64,000 nt of DNA from Tubiluchus corallicola (GCA_030141605.1 JAQGDQ010000571.1:1-64000); one strand, 5' to 3'. Shown: positions 1 to 14,189, counted from the first letter of the stretch. Translations and numbers: made by a program. The notes: generated by a model from the sequence alone, not told the origin.

Positions 1-598
1 AATGTAAATGCTTATTTAAACAAATAAAACAAAGCTCTTCGGGAAAGCATTTGCACGATTACTGTCAATGAAAACTAACATAAATGCATTAATTAAACCA
101 ATGAAACCAAGTAGTTTAGGCAAACAGTCTTGCAAATGTTATGAAGATGAGGCAATGTAAATACTCAGTGAAAATGCCAGTTTACAAGCAGTATTTCTGC
201 AAGTAATGTTAAATGGCACAACAACAAAAATCAGTCAGAGAACATCAGTACAAGTAGTGTCAAAAACAGCTTGCAAAAACATAGTTAAAACATTAATTTA
301 CCCATTTAACCCAGCATATGTGCAACTAATGTTACGAAAACAAGTATAAATGTTCAAATCTCACATCATCCTCATGAAATTGGCATGAAATGTCTAATAA
401 AAGAAACTTGCCCTTAAGACAGCGAAACACAGCAGTCAGTCTAGCAAAGTAGACAATGCTATGTGGCTTGTCAGCACCACTTCCGCTCAAGCAGCAAGTA
501 ATAGCTGCTAAACTAAACATCAGGAATTGCTTCTCTCAGACAAATTGTTGTCATTGTTTTGCTCAGCACAAGGTGAAATCTTGTCTGTTATCACTTAC

Positions 599-706
599 CT
601 GGTTACTTGTCCATCTGTTTGTACAGAAAACTCAGGCTGTAAGGTAAAAGCGGGAATCTTCTCCGTAGTGAACAGTTCGCCATTTTCTCTGTGTAAACTC
701 GGAATT
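599..706 (-). CDS. RIC1: RIC1 coding exon 4 (gene continues beyond left edge)
   Basis: ctgtcag|(R)IPSLHRENGELFTTEKIPAFTLQPEFSVQTDGQVT|gtaagt. Phase 2/2 is compatible with exon 3; 108 nt, open frame. Confidence 0.85.
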
Positions 707-1084
707 CTGACAGAAATAAATGTATCATATATAGTCAAAAGTAAATGTGTTCACAATTATTTATCACTACAAAAAGTTTTAACTGGCACTGTAAACAATT
801 ACGTACTAAAAAGTGAAATTTCAATCCAAGAAATGTTGAAAAAGCAATGACCAGATTAGAATAGAACTTGGTACTATTAATGAGCTACAGCTGTCTGTTT
901 GCCACAGCAGGTTTGGAATCGCTGAGCAGTGACGAAGCCACTGGCAAAAATTTCGTTTTAGAATTGAGCTGAATTAGATCCGACCAAGATATAAATTTCT
1001 ATACAAGCCAAAGCGAGTTTAAGTAGATGCATTGCTGCATCGGGTTGATCTGAATAGCATTGCAAGCCGCAGTTTAACATACAT

Positions 1085-1330
1085 ACAGTAAGTCCTCGCT
1101 TGACGACTTTCCATTTAGTGTGATGTTTCGTTTTAATGACGCTGGACATTTGACGCCTTTTTTTCTCACTTAGCGACGCACATTTCACTTTAACGACAAT
1201 TTTTTTACTTTATTCAAAGTCATTTTAAATTTTACCAACAACTTTTCTCCCAGTTTGAAGCATTAAACAGTATATATTGTGTTATTTACTTCTAAAAATG
1301 CACTAGTAACGTAAAACAGGACAATTATAT
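1085..1330. mobile_element. pogo/Tigger-like DNA transposon end fragment
   Basis: Begins TA-CAGTAAGTCCTCGCTT, a Tigger-type terminus, with short subterminal repeats; no matching right end found. Confidence 0.4.
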
Positions 1331-1376
1331 ATATATACGTAAGTCAGGATCATGTAAATGAAAAATGTTGTCTTAC

Positions 1377-1462
1377 CTACTATTAACTTGTTGATAAAGG
1401 CTGGAATGTCCAACAGTTTTGTCCACGTCGAGTTTGTAGAACACTACATAACCCCGAGTCGT
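1377..1462 (-). CDS. RIC1: RIC1 coding exon 3
   Basis: ttttgtag|TTRGYVVFYKLDVDKTVGHSSLYQQVNS+AG|gtaaga. Aligns to human TANGYILFFHI...YLY. 86 nt, phase 0/2. Confidence 0.9.
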
Positions 1463-1552
1463 CTACAAAAAATATGATATTCACATAAAATTCCAGCAAG
1501 TGCAAATTAAGTTTTTAACAATTTTTAAATTGCAGTAAAGGATTATCTATGC

Positions 1553-1590
<38 letters not shown>

Positions 1591-2539
1591 GGTGTTATTT
1601 AAAAAATATGCCAAACTGTGATTAGACTACACTAATGTTAGAAGAAAATGCTCTACAAAGTTTAAATTCCACAGTAGGACATTACAACACATTAGCTTTT
1701 GGTCGTGTAAGTTAGAAGTTTGCAGTTTTACTGGTTTTAATAATGCGAAGATCATGGTGGTGAAGTTTCAGCATTTATTGCGCAGTGCACAGGCATATGC
1801 AGATCAGATTTTTGTGTTAAAATTTTGGAAGCAATAATCATAAATTTTAAAGATCCCATTTTATGCATACAAAAAGAACATGTTACTAACTTGCCTCTTT
1901 TTTAGTTACTGAATCTAGTACTAATTTTATTCGGTAACAAACATGGCTGCTTTCAGCAACAATTTTAGTTTTGTGCTTTGACCTAATATTCTGACATAAT
2001 TGCAGAAGCAGACACTGAAGAGCTCTGCTGAAAAGTCTCGTGTCTTTCAATTTAGTTACTGTATGACTGCATATACTTGTGTACTGAGGAATAAATGTTG
2101 AAACTTTACCATCATGGTCTTTGTATTTAAATTTTAAAAATAAAGCATTATTGAAATTCTGTACCACCAAGAACCTGTTTAAAGCACTTAATACATGGCA
2201 GCATTATAATAAAGAAATCAACCACTTTAGATCGTCGTCATAACCACAAAAAATAAACACTGATAAGGATTTGTTCCTAAGAAAACAAGGGACGTAATTC
2301 TCTGAATTATGCTGTCTCAAATTCCCTCAGAGAAGGTGTATGACGGCTGTAGAGAGTCCTTTGATGCAAAGGATCTAAAGGCAAAAACTACTGAGTTTTA
2401 TTTTGCAATTAATATATTGTTATACATATACAAATTTTGTATGAAAACTGCATGTTTGGAATCAAATACCCCTCAAAGAAAAAAGAAAATGGTTTGGTGG
2501 AAATGCCTTTTTCTAGTTTGCCCGTGGTGAATCCGCTGT

Positions 2540-2756
2540 CCATTAAATTTTGACAATAGTGACAAATTTCTAAATTTCGGACTTGTTAATTTAAAACTTC
2601 TGTATCTTTGGACAAATCTAACGGAATGACCCAAAATTTTCAGTGATCATACACAAATGTATGTAACATCAATTTGATAATTTTCAAGCGATTCCGTTGC
2701 TTTCTTCTAATTATATGATGACCGAAACCTCTGCACATTTTCTGCACCACCCGATA
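2540..2756. mobile_element. mariner-like terminal fragment
   Basis: Ends ...CTGCACCACCCGA-TA, similar to mariner TIRs. Confidence 0.35.
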
Positions 2757-3112
2757 CATATTATACAATGGCTGCCTATATCTTACCTTACCTTTCAAAG
2801 TCATAAGGACCAAGAGTAGAACTCGGTTACGATCCCTTCTCAAACACGATTTGAAACTACTGATGGAGGGTGCTTGAATGGTTGCTATTGGTAATTTGTT
2901 CTAAGGATCGATGACGCGGGAGGCAAAAAGTGTGATCCAATATTGGTTCGTGATTAAGAAATAAATAGTTTGAAGGGCATTCACGGAGGGAGGGGTCTAG
3001 GAGGGCATGAAAAAACCATCTTCCCGGAGGATGGATGCTCCATTAACTATCTTATAATAGTTGATGAGGTCAGTGGTCACTCCATTGTTGTGTAAATTAT
3101 ATATATAAATCA

Positions 3113-3144
<32 letters not shown>

Positions 3145-3337
3145 CGTATGTACGTACGCACGCATGCACACACACACAATGTGTGTACATACATAGATAG
3201 ATAGATACATGGATATTTTTACTTTTAAACACCAAAAACAAAAAAGTTGCAAATTTCAGATGAAGAAATGGCAATTGAGAAATTTTACATAAACAATAAA
3301 TAATTTTAAAGAACGAATATGCCAATTTCTCTTTTAC

Positions 3338-3445
3338 CACAAGTGCGAGAGTACTTGAATCGGGTCTCCATACAGCAAATCGATTGATTCCCAGCACGCT
3401 GATAGAATTATGTGATCTACGGTGGCTCACAATTTGCACGCACGG
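3338..3445 (-). CDS. RIC1: RIC1 coding exon 2
   Basis: ttcag|PCVQIVSHRRSHNSISVLGINRFAVWRPDSSTLALV|gtaaaa. Contains the RIC1 WRPDS motif. 108 nt, phase 0/0. Confidence 0.95.
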
Positions 3446-3542
3446 CTGAAAATATTCAACATAATGATCAATGAGACTTATTATCACAAACGATGACTCT
3501 ACAACTTGCATAAAGCCTTTTGCTGATGATCATGAAAAAGTC

Positions 3543-3819
3543 GAGGGTTAGGTGTACCAAACAACGCATTTGTATACACGTGAGAACACCCTGCAGCCCA
3601 TGCTATTGTAATAGTAATTAAAAAAGGGAAGAACGTTAGCTATAGAACTTTACCTAGTTCATTTTTTCCTGTTCCCAAGCAAGATCCCACACAGACTAAT
3701 GCATAATTAAGTAAAGTCCACGTAAAACAACTGAAGTTACTCAACAGGGCTTTGCTTTACCTACATGTCACGTGATGGTTGTAGCTAAGACGCATTGCTG
3801 TGGCACATTTAACCTTTAA
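3543..3819 (-). mobile_element. TTAA-flanked MITE (family C), opposite-orientation copy of 34950-35230
   Basis: Termini AGGGTTAGGTGTACCA ... TGGCACATTTAACCT-TTAA; the interior is reverse-complement similar to 34950-35230. Confidence 0.7.
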
Positions 3820-4518
3820 CTTACAGCAACTGCATGCGCGCACAACGAAACTGTGAAAGGCTTATTAAACTTACACTCCTGAGGTAACACAATGTGCAGA
3901 CATTGATCTAAGGTAGGACATAATTGCAACTCAGGATAAAAAAGAATTAGCACACTATGAACTGTCCCATTTAACAGGAATGTCTATTTTCTACATTTAT
4001 GGAATAAAGCACGCTAACGCTTGGTAATGTTGTTCCTGCTGTTGTTGTTTGTGTAAATTGGTGCTGATGTTACATTGGTACTGATGATACATTTATTTAA
4101 AAAAAATCACAGTTCACAGTTTCCATTGTAGGAGATTGAAATCTTGCACAGATGAAGATACTACTGTTATGGACCATTCCACAGGCTGTGAAGGAGCCAA
4201 ATATTTCGCTTTCTCAATAAATCCTTCTCCTTCAAATACAGCTCAGAGCCATTAAATGGATCTGACCCATACACACTTACATTGTTGTGGTTTCTTTCGT
4301 TCTGATGCAAGTATGAACCTGCCCCACAACAATGCGTATTCTAATTTTTTGCAGAAAAAAATGGATGCCTGACAACAGTAAACAATTCTCATTATTTTCT
4401 CATGGAAAAAATTAACTATGCAAGAAATGAACAAGTAGAACATGTCGGATCCATTAGTGCTTCCGTTCTGGTTTCATTCAGCGTAATAATTAGTGAGCTT
4501 ACCTAGAAATATGGTGGC

Positions 4519-4893
4519 TAAAGCAAAACCGGACCCAATCTTAAACTGTAGGTCAAAACAATCTACTCTTTAAAATATTGAAAGGAAACATAATATTTTT
4601 TCGAAAATAACTTACGTGAAGAATTATTACGTGAATGAAGATGTCTGAGCTGAGAGGCACAGCACCTGTTTTTCGGGCAACCCCTTCTGAAATGCAGGCG
4701 CTAGTGCCCGTCTAACAAGCGAATGGCGAAATGCATGTAACAGCGAAGAACTAGTGGCGTGAATATGAAATTGTGTTTGTGTGGTGATAATTCTTTTATG
4801 AAAGACATTTTTTAAATGATAGTATGTTTCCTTTTAATATTTTAAAGATTAGGTTTTGACCTACAGTTTAACAGCGGGTCCAGTTTTGCCTAA
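4519..4893. mobile_element. MITE with ~110-bp TIRs (family B, Kolobok-like)
   Basis: Left arm taaagcaaaaccggaccc...aaactgtaggtcaaaac...ctttaaaatattgaaaggaaacat is inverted at about 4785-4893. Related copies at 17061-17320 and 17595-17843. Confidence 0.8.
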
Positions 4894-5487
4894 ACAAAAA
4901 GCGTTTTGTACAAAAAAACAGAATAACCAGCAAATACAGTTTGGTGATAATATTGACACAACACCATAAGAAACAGACCCTAGAACCCATGGCACCCCTA
5001 ACTCTTTGCTTATAGGCTTATTTCTTGATTAACTAACTGGCTGCAGCATTTATATATAATTTAGTAGTTCTTACTTGAGGGAAATGGGGGCTAATTTCTC
5101 GTTAAACAAGCTTAAGACTACAGGAGTCTGTCACTTGCTATTTTGCAATAGAAATAAGATTACCATGAGTTAGCAAAAATCACGTAATGCAAAATACGAA
5201 GCACGCTTAATGCCGAAGAAATGTTATGGTCCGATGAAAACGCTACTTGACTAGACAGACAACTTTTGAAAGAAAACATAAATATTATAATTGTAAAACG
5301 CGAGGTAACGCCAACATAAAAATGATTAACAGATTTTAATGAGATAACTACGGGCAAAAAGCAAACATATAGGCTTTGCCCTGTCGAATCTACGCTAATC
5401 TACAGTAATCGTATTGCTGGCATTCGACTGTAATTTGCTAACAAATTTTGTGTCCTAGAGCACTGTCAGTTCTCTTTCTAAGCCTAC

Positions 5488-5628
5488 CTTGCAGTACCAA
5501 ATGGATATTTCGTGTTCAGTAACAACGCAGTAAACGATGCGTTCTCTATTAGAAGTGATATGTAACACTTTGTACTGATCTTCTAATGGAATGTCCAGGT
5601 ACCGCGGCCACCCTACAGGAAAATACAT
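5488..5628 (-). CDS. RIC1: RIC1 first coding exon (Rab6A GEF complex partner)
   Basis: Minus strand reads MYFPVGWPRYLDIPLEDQYKVLHITSNRERIVYCVVTEHEISIWYCK then gtaggc donor. It matches the RIC1/Rich N-terminus (human MYFLSGWPKRL...LSIWYSR). 141 nt, phase 0. Confidence 0.95.
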
Positions 5629-5900
5629 GACAATTTTGTTTCAAAATACAGAACTTTAAAGAAGTTTATCGGAGCAACCATTATACATGATGTGGAGAAC
5701 ACGTCACATCTTGTCAAATGCGTTGCCATTGGCTAAAACTGTATAGAGGATAAAAACCGACCAACTACGAGTTCTGAAACAAGTAGCTGCCAATTAAACG
5801 CAAAAGGCAAAATTCTCTACTCTAGTGTAGCGCTGTGCTCGTGCTAAATGGTGGTGCCAAAATACGCACATCAGATCGTGTATACAAAAACTTAATAACA
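5629..5900 (-). promoter_or_regulatory. Putative RIC1 5'UTR / proximal promoter
   Basis: Directly upstream of the RIC1 ATG. CCAAT on the - strand near 5728-5732 and GTGACGTG half-CRE at 5700-5707. Positional inference only. Confidence 0.4.
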
Positions 5901-7339
5901 AACTTGGTTTAGGTCCGTTTCCCAGAAATTTTTTGCATAGAAAACAATTTCCCAGAAAATGACTTTCCAGAAAAAATTCGTTTAACAGAAAAACCAACTT
6001 ACAGAAAGATTTTTAACTGAAAAGTCACACTGTTTGAACAGTTACTGTTAAATCTGCTATTTTAATATAATAAACATCTAATTTCTCTTTCTCTCTTTGC
6101 TTATTCCTCGAGTCCAGACTGTATCCCGACTTTTTGCGTCTTCTGTCTTTTTCGAAAATTTAAATAACTCTGGGTGTGTGCCATCGTTGATTTGAATCCT
6201 CTTTGAGAAATTGATTTTTTTAGAATTTTGATATAAGATTTTAAATGATTTTGTAATGTAAAGATTTGTCAGTTTTATATCTGAGCATTTGCTAATTTAT
6301 TCAGCTGATCTATTTTTTGAACTTTATAATTCTTTTTCCAATTCCTAATAAAGTGCTTAAACAATGGCTACATCTGTGTTTTAACGTGACAACTATATAT
6401 TTTTCTAATCAACAGTTATTATAGTTTTAAAGAGGTTCTGCTCTGTTCACTGTAAAAGTTGTATGAGCCTTGAGTTTTGTTAAATAACTACCCTGTAAGT
6501 CCAAAGTTATAATGAATATGTAATTTTAGCAATTATATTCATACGTTCATTCATTCACTTTTACAGTCACAGGGGCAATGTGTTTTTTTCTTTTTGCAGT
6601 GCTTCTTTGAAAGCTAATTTTAATGGGCTGTCATCTGGTAGTTGCATAGCATGTCCTGTATCTTTATATCCATTTTAATATTTTCTTTTTCATCGTAACT
6701 GTCCATTCCTCTACTTTGACTTTATTATGTTTGGTCTAAAGACCCTGACTTGATGTTTCCTTTTGCCATATTTTTTTTAGGATGTTCTTCTACTTTCTTC
6801 TTTGAGGTGCATCTATTTCATTTAGATTCGTTCAGTTTGGTTTATTTTTTCTGCACAATAAAAGATTTGCCATGTCAGCATATAATTGAAAGCATAATCC
6901 ACTTAAAACATTGAATACAACAATAAAAGGCCAATCAGATTTCCAAAAAATTAATAATTATCGAGACAATTTCAATTTCAAAAATGCTCATTTACGAAAA
7001 TCGACAATAAAAACAGAGTCGAATAGAATTACTGTTAGATTGAAGCTAAAAAGTTTTTACATTTTTTGCTTAAACAAATTGGCACAATAGAAGTTTCTAG
7101 TTTTCAACTTTGCTATCTCACGAGCTTCACTGAGCTCTGAGGGTAGCTAACACACTTTTTTGTTTCTGCTGAACTACAGGTGACAATTCAATACGGCACA
7201 AGACAATGGTAAGTAGAATTTGTTTTAGCTTAAAGCTAAAAAAGTCAAGATCTTATTAAACACACTGCATGACATAATGGAAGTTTCAGATTTACAACTT
7301 TTGCTGTTGGCAAGGATCACTACCTTTTAATTAAGGGTA

Positions 7340-7726
7340 GATAGACAGCTTTTAATTGACTTATCAAGGCCGTAACAAGCCCAGATTTTACAGGGGGTTA
7401 AAATGGAAATACGAAATGGAGCCTTGTCTAAACATTATTAGGGACAAAAATCATGGACGAGCTGTCACTAAACTCCTAGTGAGTCACCATGATTTAGAAA
7501 TCGAACCGTGCTCGTTATACAAAACACCAGAAGAAGAACGAACATTGTTCAAACTCCTCATCTAAAAAAACATGAAGTAGAAGATGAAATGCACTTTATT
7601 TATGACTACCCACTTTTTGCTGAACTTGTTGACACTGGCTACACCTTGTTGAACCTTCTCAAGGTTAACCCAACTACTCAAAAATTGAGACTTTTAATAT
7701 CTAGTTTAAAATTTTGTATTGCATAA
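7340..7726 (+). mobile_element. Degenerate LINE (CR1/L2-group) ORF2 C-terminal fragment
   Basis: Frameshifted peptides YEMEPCL..RAVTKLLVSHHDLEIE and VEDEMHFIYDYPLF, typical of the non-LTR C-terminal CCHC region. Confidence 0.75.
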
Positions 7727-9526
7727 TGTATAGTTGTTAATTGTTTTTAATACTGTTTCTTTGTTTTTTTGTAGGTTTTTTTTGTTACAATCTTATACAT
7801 CTATAACATTAGTGCAAGAAACTTTAACAACAACTCCAGCTCCTAGGAATGAAGAAATCAGCACTTTGGCAGCAAACTCTAACTAAATTATTTTCAACTC
7901 TATGTTATTTTTTATAATCTTTCACTTAAAAATGCTGGTACAGATACCTACTACTTTTAAGTCATTTTTCTTTTTCCACTGTTAAATTATACAATTTTTA
8001 TGTAGCTGTGATTTTAGTGTCAGTATGCCATATGATATCCTAACATTTGTTCAATGAAAATAACTAAACGAATAGCCTATTGTGATTTATGTAGTATTTA
8101 ACGTGCATTACTTTGCCATACACATTGTATGTATTTGTGCAAATATAGTTGAATTGAAATGAATTGTTGCGTGTACGTGTTCACATAAAGTTACAAAAAA
8201 TATTAAAATAATCACTATTAAATTTGTACTAAACAAGAGAAATTTACAACACATCTGACAACATTTCCAAATTTGTGTGTGCATTTATTGTCCTCAAAGC
8301 TGAGTTGTAGAGAAACACGTTTTCCATAAGTGCATAAAATATTCTTAGTAAAGTGTAATAAAGTTGACAATAAATTGACATTGAATAGAATTGGACCTTC
8401 ATAGAGGTTTTTGCCTTTTGTTGGTACAGTAGTTTGCAAGATTAGGCTCTTTCCACGAGACTGTTATTTCAATGTTTTAATTATTGTGAGCTAAAAGTGG
8501 AGATGAATGTGCTAAAGTGGAAGGAAATTGGTGCTTAAATGCCACTGGCATAGTATTCCCTAGAACAATCGCTGTATTTGTAATAACTGTAGATTTCTAC
8601 CGTATTAAATTTTTGTCCATTAACAGACGTAGCAGGACCACAACGTAGTTCGACTACGAAAATTTAGTTATACATCACAGAGCTTTATAATCCACACAGC
8701 AATTTCTTTACAGCATAAAAATCGGTTGCTGTTCAGCTGTTACGGTTTTCAGAATTACAGAAGAGACTTAAGGCGTCCCACATCTTATTAATTAGTCGAT
8801 TGTTTATGTGGCACTGATACGCCCTCGTAGTCGTAATCCCGACATTGAGCATAGTAATTCATAACCTGATTCATTACTGGCACTGTGCTTCAGGTGTGTT
8901 TGACTGATGTCAGGCTTGGATTGAGATGAAGGAATTATGCTTCCTGATTGGTGGGAAATTCTTAATTCGGTAAGTTGCTTGTAGTTTAAGGAAAATCTAG
9001 CTGTGACTGTTAGAAATACTAGCATTTGTAGAAATGAATAAAAACCCCACACTTGTAACTATTCTTGTCATTACAGAAAATAAGAATTAATCAGTGTTAT
9101 TTGTAGAAATAGCAGCAGTGTAACGATTTGGCTATATTTCTGTACGTCTATGTTTGGACCTGGGGCGAAGGGAATTGTGGTGCTTCTCGATCAAAGTTAA
9201 GCAACACTAAGGCTGATCAGTGTCTGGTTTGATTAGTTCGTAGTGTCAAACTAGTGACACTCATTTATCGTGTGTCAAGCTATTGTTCTTTCATTTTGTC
9301 ATGTTTGTTTGTAGATAGCCATAATAATTCTTCCTCGGCCATTTCAGCAAACTGCCATATGTTTTTTGGGACTTGGAGTTGGAAGAAATGTCTTCATGCA
9401 GGAAAAGGGATTACTTTTTTCTATTGCGTGTGCGATGAGTGTGTGTGAATTATAGTGATCACTAGTAGCAGATATGTGGCTCTGGTTATTTGTGCACTAC
9501 TAGTATGAGAATTTTGATCAGTTTGG

Positions 9527-9606
9527 TGAGGTTGGCCCAGCATTTAAATGGTAAAGCAACCTGCCATACAAACAAGAGGTTCGGGGTTCGAATCCTGGTC
9601 GATCTA
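9527..9606 (+). mobile_element. tRNA-derived SINE head / tRNA pseudogene
   Basis: Perfect B-box GGTTCGAATCC at 9585-9595 and degenerate A-box (...AAATGGTAAAGC); the cloverleaf stems do not close. Confidence 0.55.
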
Positions 9607-9990
9607 TAATTTTATATGCCGCAGAACTTCAGTTACTGGTAATTAGCTATTATGTTTATTGTTGTAAGCATGGTTTCTTTCTTAATGCATAAGGTTCTGT
9701 AAATGGTCATCGCACAATTTTGAGTTATGTCCATATTTTTAACTACTTTAGATATTATTTTAAGCACAGAACTATGAACAGAGAGTTACAGACTATTTCA
9801 GTGAAATACTGGTGGCCTGAATGTTTCACAAGTTCGTTGGATTTTGTTCAAACTTTTTTCAAGCTAAGCTAATGCTAGCTAGTGTTAAAGGTAGCATAAC
9901 TTCTTTATTATGGTGATTAGTCCTATATGATATCCATCCCATTGTCCAAATGTTTCCTTAGTGGGAAAATTCCTAATCTGTTGCCAAGAA

Positions 9991-10832
9991 TTAAAGCACA
10001 AGAAAACCCTTAACTTACATCAAGCTAAAAAAATTCGTCTTAAAATTTTGCATCCCTACATGCTGCTTTATTGTATTGCAATAATACAATATTGTAGTAT
10101 TGTATTAGCTCAATTATGGTATTAATATAAGCTGTGTTGCTTGTATTAATATTGTATCACAAGCTACACAGAGTTTGTATTAGTGGCAACACTGTGTAAA
10201 ACTTGAAATTTAAACTCCCACGATAGCCATTAAGCGCAACCATTTGGCGGTAGGTCATTTGAAACCAGTTTAGATAACACTGCGTAGAATTTTAAAAAAT
10301 AATTAGAGCATTTGCAGCACACTTTTCACTAAATAATCATAAGTTTAAATAATTTAATCTTCTCAGTAAGATCCAAAATTTTTTTTTGGTGAAACAAGAT
10401 AACACACTTCATAAATAAAGTTTAAAAACTCACATACTGGCTTACTGCAAGCATTGGCAGCAACGATACGAAATATGAAAATTTAAACTCCCATGACAAC
10501 CATTGTGCACAGGCATCCTGACCGTAGGTCATTTGAAACAAGTTTGCATCGCATTGCGGAAGTTTGTAACTAAGCAAAAATATAAATTATGTATATTGTA
10601 AATAAGATTAAAAATAAATGGTGCACATTGGGAAGGTGAATCAGTGACGTCAGCGGTGCACAGTGGGAAGGTGAATCAGTGACGTATTACCAGTTGGCAC
10701 AAATAATTTAATAACTAAAGATTTTCTTTTCCAATTACGCTAGCTTTTCAAGCAGGTAAGCGTAATGCTAGGTAATGTAACTTTGAATGGAAAGTTTTTG
10801 AACACATACACAATAGTTTAAATTCTCTTTAA
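9991..10832 (+). mobile_element. Family A non-autonomous DNA transposon (TTAA target, AG...CT termini; Kolobok-like)
   Basis: TTAA-AGCACAAGAAAAC ... CTCT-TTAA; shared interior with at least eight other copies in the window; internal partial duplication. Confidence 0.75.
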
Positions 10833-11500
10833 GGCCAGCCACAAAAAATTCGCTTCTGTCTTACCTCATGAGCTCAAAAGATGTGAGTAGGAGGGAAGAA
10901 AATTTTTTCTAAAGCTTTGTGAGTATTTAAAGCTGAATTGTGGAATATTTAAAATCAGTTGAAATCAAAGTTTGTTTATTTCCCACAGGTTAGCAGTAAT
11001 GTTTTAAATTTCTGCAAGCGCATTTTTTCATGCTTTGTTTTTTAGTTTCGAATTACTAAGTTATCATATAATTATCGATTATTGTATATTGTCTATTTTT
11101 TGGATCGTGAACATAGTATATGTTCTGATAATTATGGTAAAGCAGTAACACTACGCGGCCGTTAATATACAAAATTTGGTGGAAAATTCGATACTTTTAA
11201 ACCGCTAATACAGTGAGCATCACACAAAACGGCAACCCTGACTGAGAGTTAGTCGTGGAAAAACATGGCCGCGTCCTGCATTCCCCGAAAGAACGATGTT
11301 ATAATAATTATATTATTGCGTTTTACATTTTAAATGACTAAAAACACTTTTATGTGACTGCATCAAGTAAGTATATGAACGTGTAAAAGAAATTATAAAA
11401 TTACCAGCTAGCTGCATGATAAAAAATATTACCCAGGCAATTAGACAGAAACAGAAGTACTTTTATTGTTTGCTTAACCTTTATTATGCCATACTTTTGA
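10833..11500 (+). mobile_element. Interspersed repeat (family D); second copy at about 49270-50440
   Basis: Shared strings ggttagcagtaatgtttta, tatgttctgataattatggta and ggcaaccct in both copies. Confidence 0.65.
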
Positions 11501-12872
11501 CCAGCTAGACAAAACATCTAGGGCACAGTGAAAGAAAACATAAACAGCGCTTCGAGAAATAATTGCTCGCAAGGTTAGCTGAATGTTGTGGCATAAAAAG
11601 AGCAAGTGGTGAGTGCATGTTTTTCATTTGATCTAGCAATAAGACATTACATGGGTGAGACAAATAGCCAAGTTGTCACAGTTGTGTGCAAAGTTATCAT
11701 AATTAAGCAACACTGCACTTGGCAACTGCTAACTGGATGGGTGACCACTGGGCTCAACATTCTCCACGGGTGGTTTCATTTGCCATGCTGATTCTGGCTG
11801 TTCATCTTTTTGAAGGAGGATGTATTCAGACCCGAGTGTGGTTAAGACACTCCTGCTGGTTCAGTATCTCATCTTAGAGAATTGTCTTGATAATGAGACA
11901 GGTCCTGGTCTTGCTGCAACCTACCTTCAAGTGCTGGATTCCAGCTTGCAGCCTGCGTACAGAACAGTAATCAACGGCCTCATGCTGCTTTTGTAAATAA
12001 ATTCCGATTGGCCCCGATTTCTAAGTAATTCAGTGATTCCCGTTGTTCGTGTGGGTAAAGTTACTCTCCCACAATGCATTTCATGGTTCTGAAATGCATT
12101 CGCATTAAATTCTAACATTTGTGCAATGGAGTATAATAGGCGTGTTTGCGTAATTGATTAGAATCACACTGCCTGCCCGTCTTGGAAGCTCCAGTTTGCA
12201 TTCAGTGCATTCGTTGAGCGTATATTTAATTAAGACGGGATGCTTTCAGCTACTGCTGTGTATAAATTGCAATAGTCACGGATACGTAGCTAATGGCCGA
12301 AATTGTAAAGTGCTGTCTGACGCTTCTGGCGAGTTTCGACGTTTGACATGCTAAGTATCCTTGGTGCAGTTTTGCTCACAGTCAATGGTGAGAGTTACGT
12401 ACTACCATGTCTGGTGAACACTTGAATGGGCGACCTTGAGACCTGACGTTGAAGCATTTTGCGAACATGCGGCAATGCTTCCATCATTTTTCTTCACATT
12501 TATGTACGTCTGTTGGTTCCGTAATTGTCCACTAGGGGCGCTTTAGTTCTGGTACACAGGGGAACATGCTTAAGATACCTATGTCTTGGAAGATTAAATT
12601 TGATCGGTTTGGGATTGTTATTTGTAGTGGGAAATCACATTTTAGTGAGTGCGCTGTCCTTTCTCTTCCTTCAAACCTTGCTTAGGCTTTTTTCTTGTAA
12701 TATGCCCATAAATTTACATGTTAAAACTGTAATTTCTGCACAAAAATTTCTGTTCTTTTAAAATTTTAAATTATCTTTTGATTAACTTTTGAAACATTTT
12801 AATGCTAAACGTATTTGTGTATTTTTTTTACTTTTGTAGTGGTAAATTTTAAACATTTTTACCCTTTTATCT

Positions 12873-13165
12873 TTAAAAGAAAAGTGGACCATTGTGTAAA
12901 CATTAGTTTAGAATAAAGAATGCTCTAGAATATTGAGAACTACAATAGCTTTTTTTGAATCAAAGCTTAGATTAAATAATAATTACCTCAGATACACAAA
13001 GTTCGTTAGACTTTCGAAGCTACGCACGGCTCAGTGAATCTACTAAGATTGGCAGCGGCTCTACGTCATATAATGTCAGAAACTAACACTGCAGTTCATG
13101 ATCATGGTTATCACGGTACCACCTTCTATTTATCAGCCACACACATGTGACAAAAAGGCGCCGCT
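12873..13165 (+). mobile_element. Left arm plus core of TTAA MITE (family E)
   Basis: TTAA-AAGAAAAG arm of ~170 bp is the reverse complement of 28345-28518; core 13075-13163 is directly repeated at 28246-28333. Confidence 0.75.
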
Positions 13166-13627
13166 TTTACTTGTTAAATCTGGGCCCAGAAGTCGTTATG
13201 GTTTTGTTCTCTCCTGTATGTACAAATGTTCTTTGCTTTGTTCTTGTTTAATAATGTACTGTATGATTTGCACAGCATCCGCGTGTTTAATAGTTCTATT
13301 TGAAACTTTGTTAAACGCTTTACGATTAGCAACTCGATAATTATGTTTAGTAAAATAATCGAGTCCTATAGAATTGCCCCAACATGAACCCAAACGCTTG
13401 GTGATGAAATTAGCAGAAGTGATTACCCTGACATGTTAGTAAATTACGAGCTCTTTCTGTTTAGTGTTTCCTGTTTAGTCGTACACTCACGGAGAACATG
13501 TGACCCGAGCTTTAGATTCGAGACACTGACGCTAAATTACCCTAGACCAGTTATAATATATTGGTTTTATTCCCACATATCATCGCAATTACTTTACAGC
13601 AAGTTTATGCACATATCATATTTGCGT

Positions 13628-14070
13628 TGAAAGGAATTTTCGTTTGTTTTCATTTTAAATCTCCCACAATATTGTTCCGATGGCACCATTACATGACGTC
13701 ACTACACAAACGTAAATCAGGGGAAGAAAAGGCAATGTTAAATTTTGACCCAAAAAACTTTCCGTGCAAATCTATATCATTTAGCATTTCACCTACCTGC
13801 TGGACAGACTTATGAAACTAGACTAATAATTTAAATTAAAATGTTTGTGCTAAATGGTAAAATGTCGCTGACTCACTCTCCAGGGTGCGCTACTCACTAG
13901 CCAAAAATGTATTTTTAATCTTGTTGACAAGATACAGTAATTTAAAATTTTACTTAATTAGCAACATGTATGCTACGAAAGCTCTGATTATTTTTGCAAG
14001 CTTTACTTAATGTTATCAAAACTTGTTTCAAACGACCTACCATTAAAATGGCTGCGCCTATGCATTGTTT
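13628..14070 (-). mobile_element. Family A copy
   Basis: Matches 48515-48910 directly (e.g. ccattacatgacgtcacta, ctcactagccaaaaa). Confidence 0.8.
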
Positions 14071-14189
14071 TCAGCAGAATCTTGTAAAATTCATTTTGCA
14101 TCTTCTCTGGGGTATTTTCATCAACGTCACAAATTAACGTTACATGTATGAATGGCAATTGGTAAGACTTCAATGTAAAAAGACCTGAA

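Noticed and set aside
6100-6900. Possible Penelope RT/GIY-YIG relic on the - strand
   Set aside because: Only vague compositional hints; no motif could be read with confidence.
9527-9606. Functional tRNA gene
   Set aside because: Only the B-box is intact; acceptor and anticodon stems do not pair. Treated as a SINE or pseudogene.
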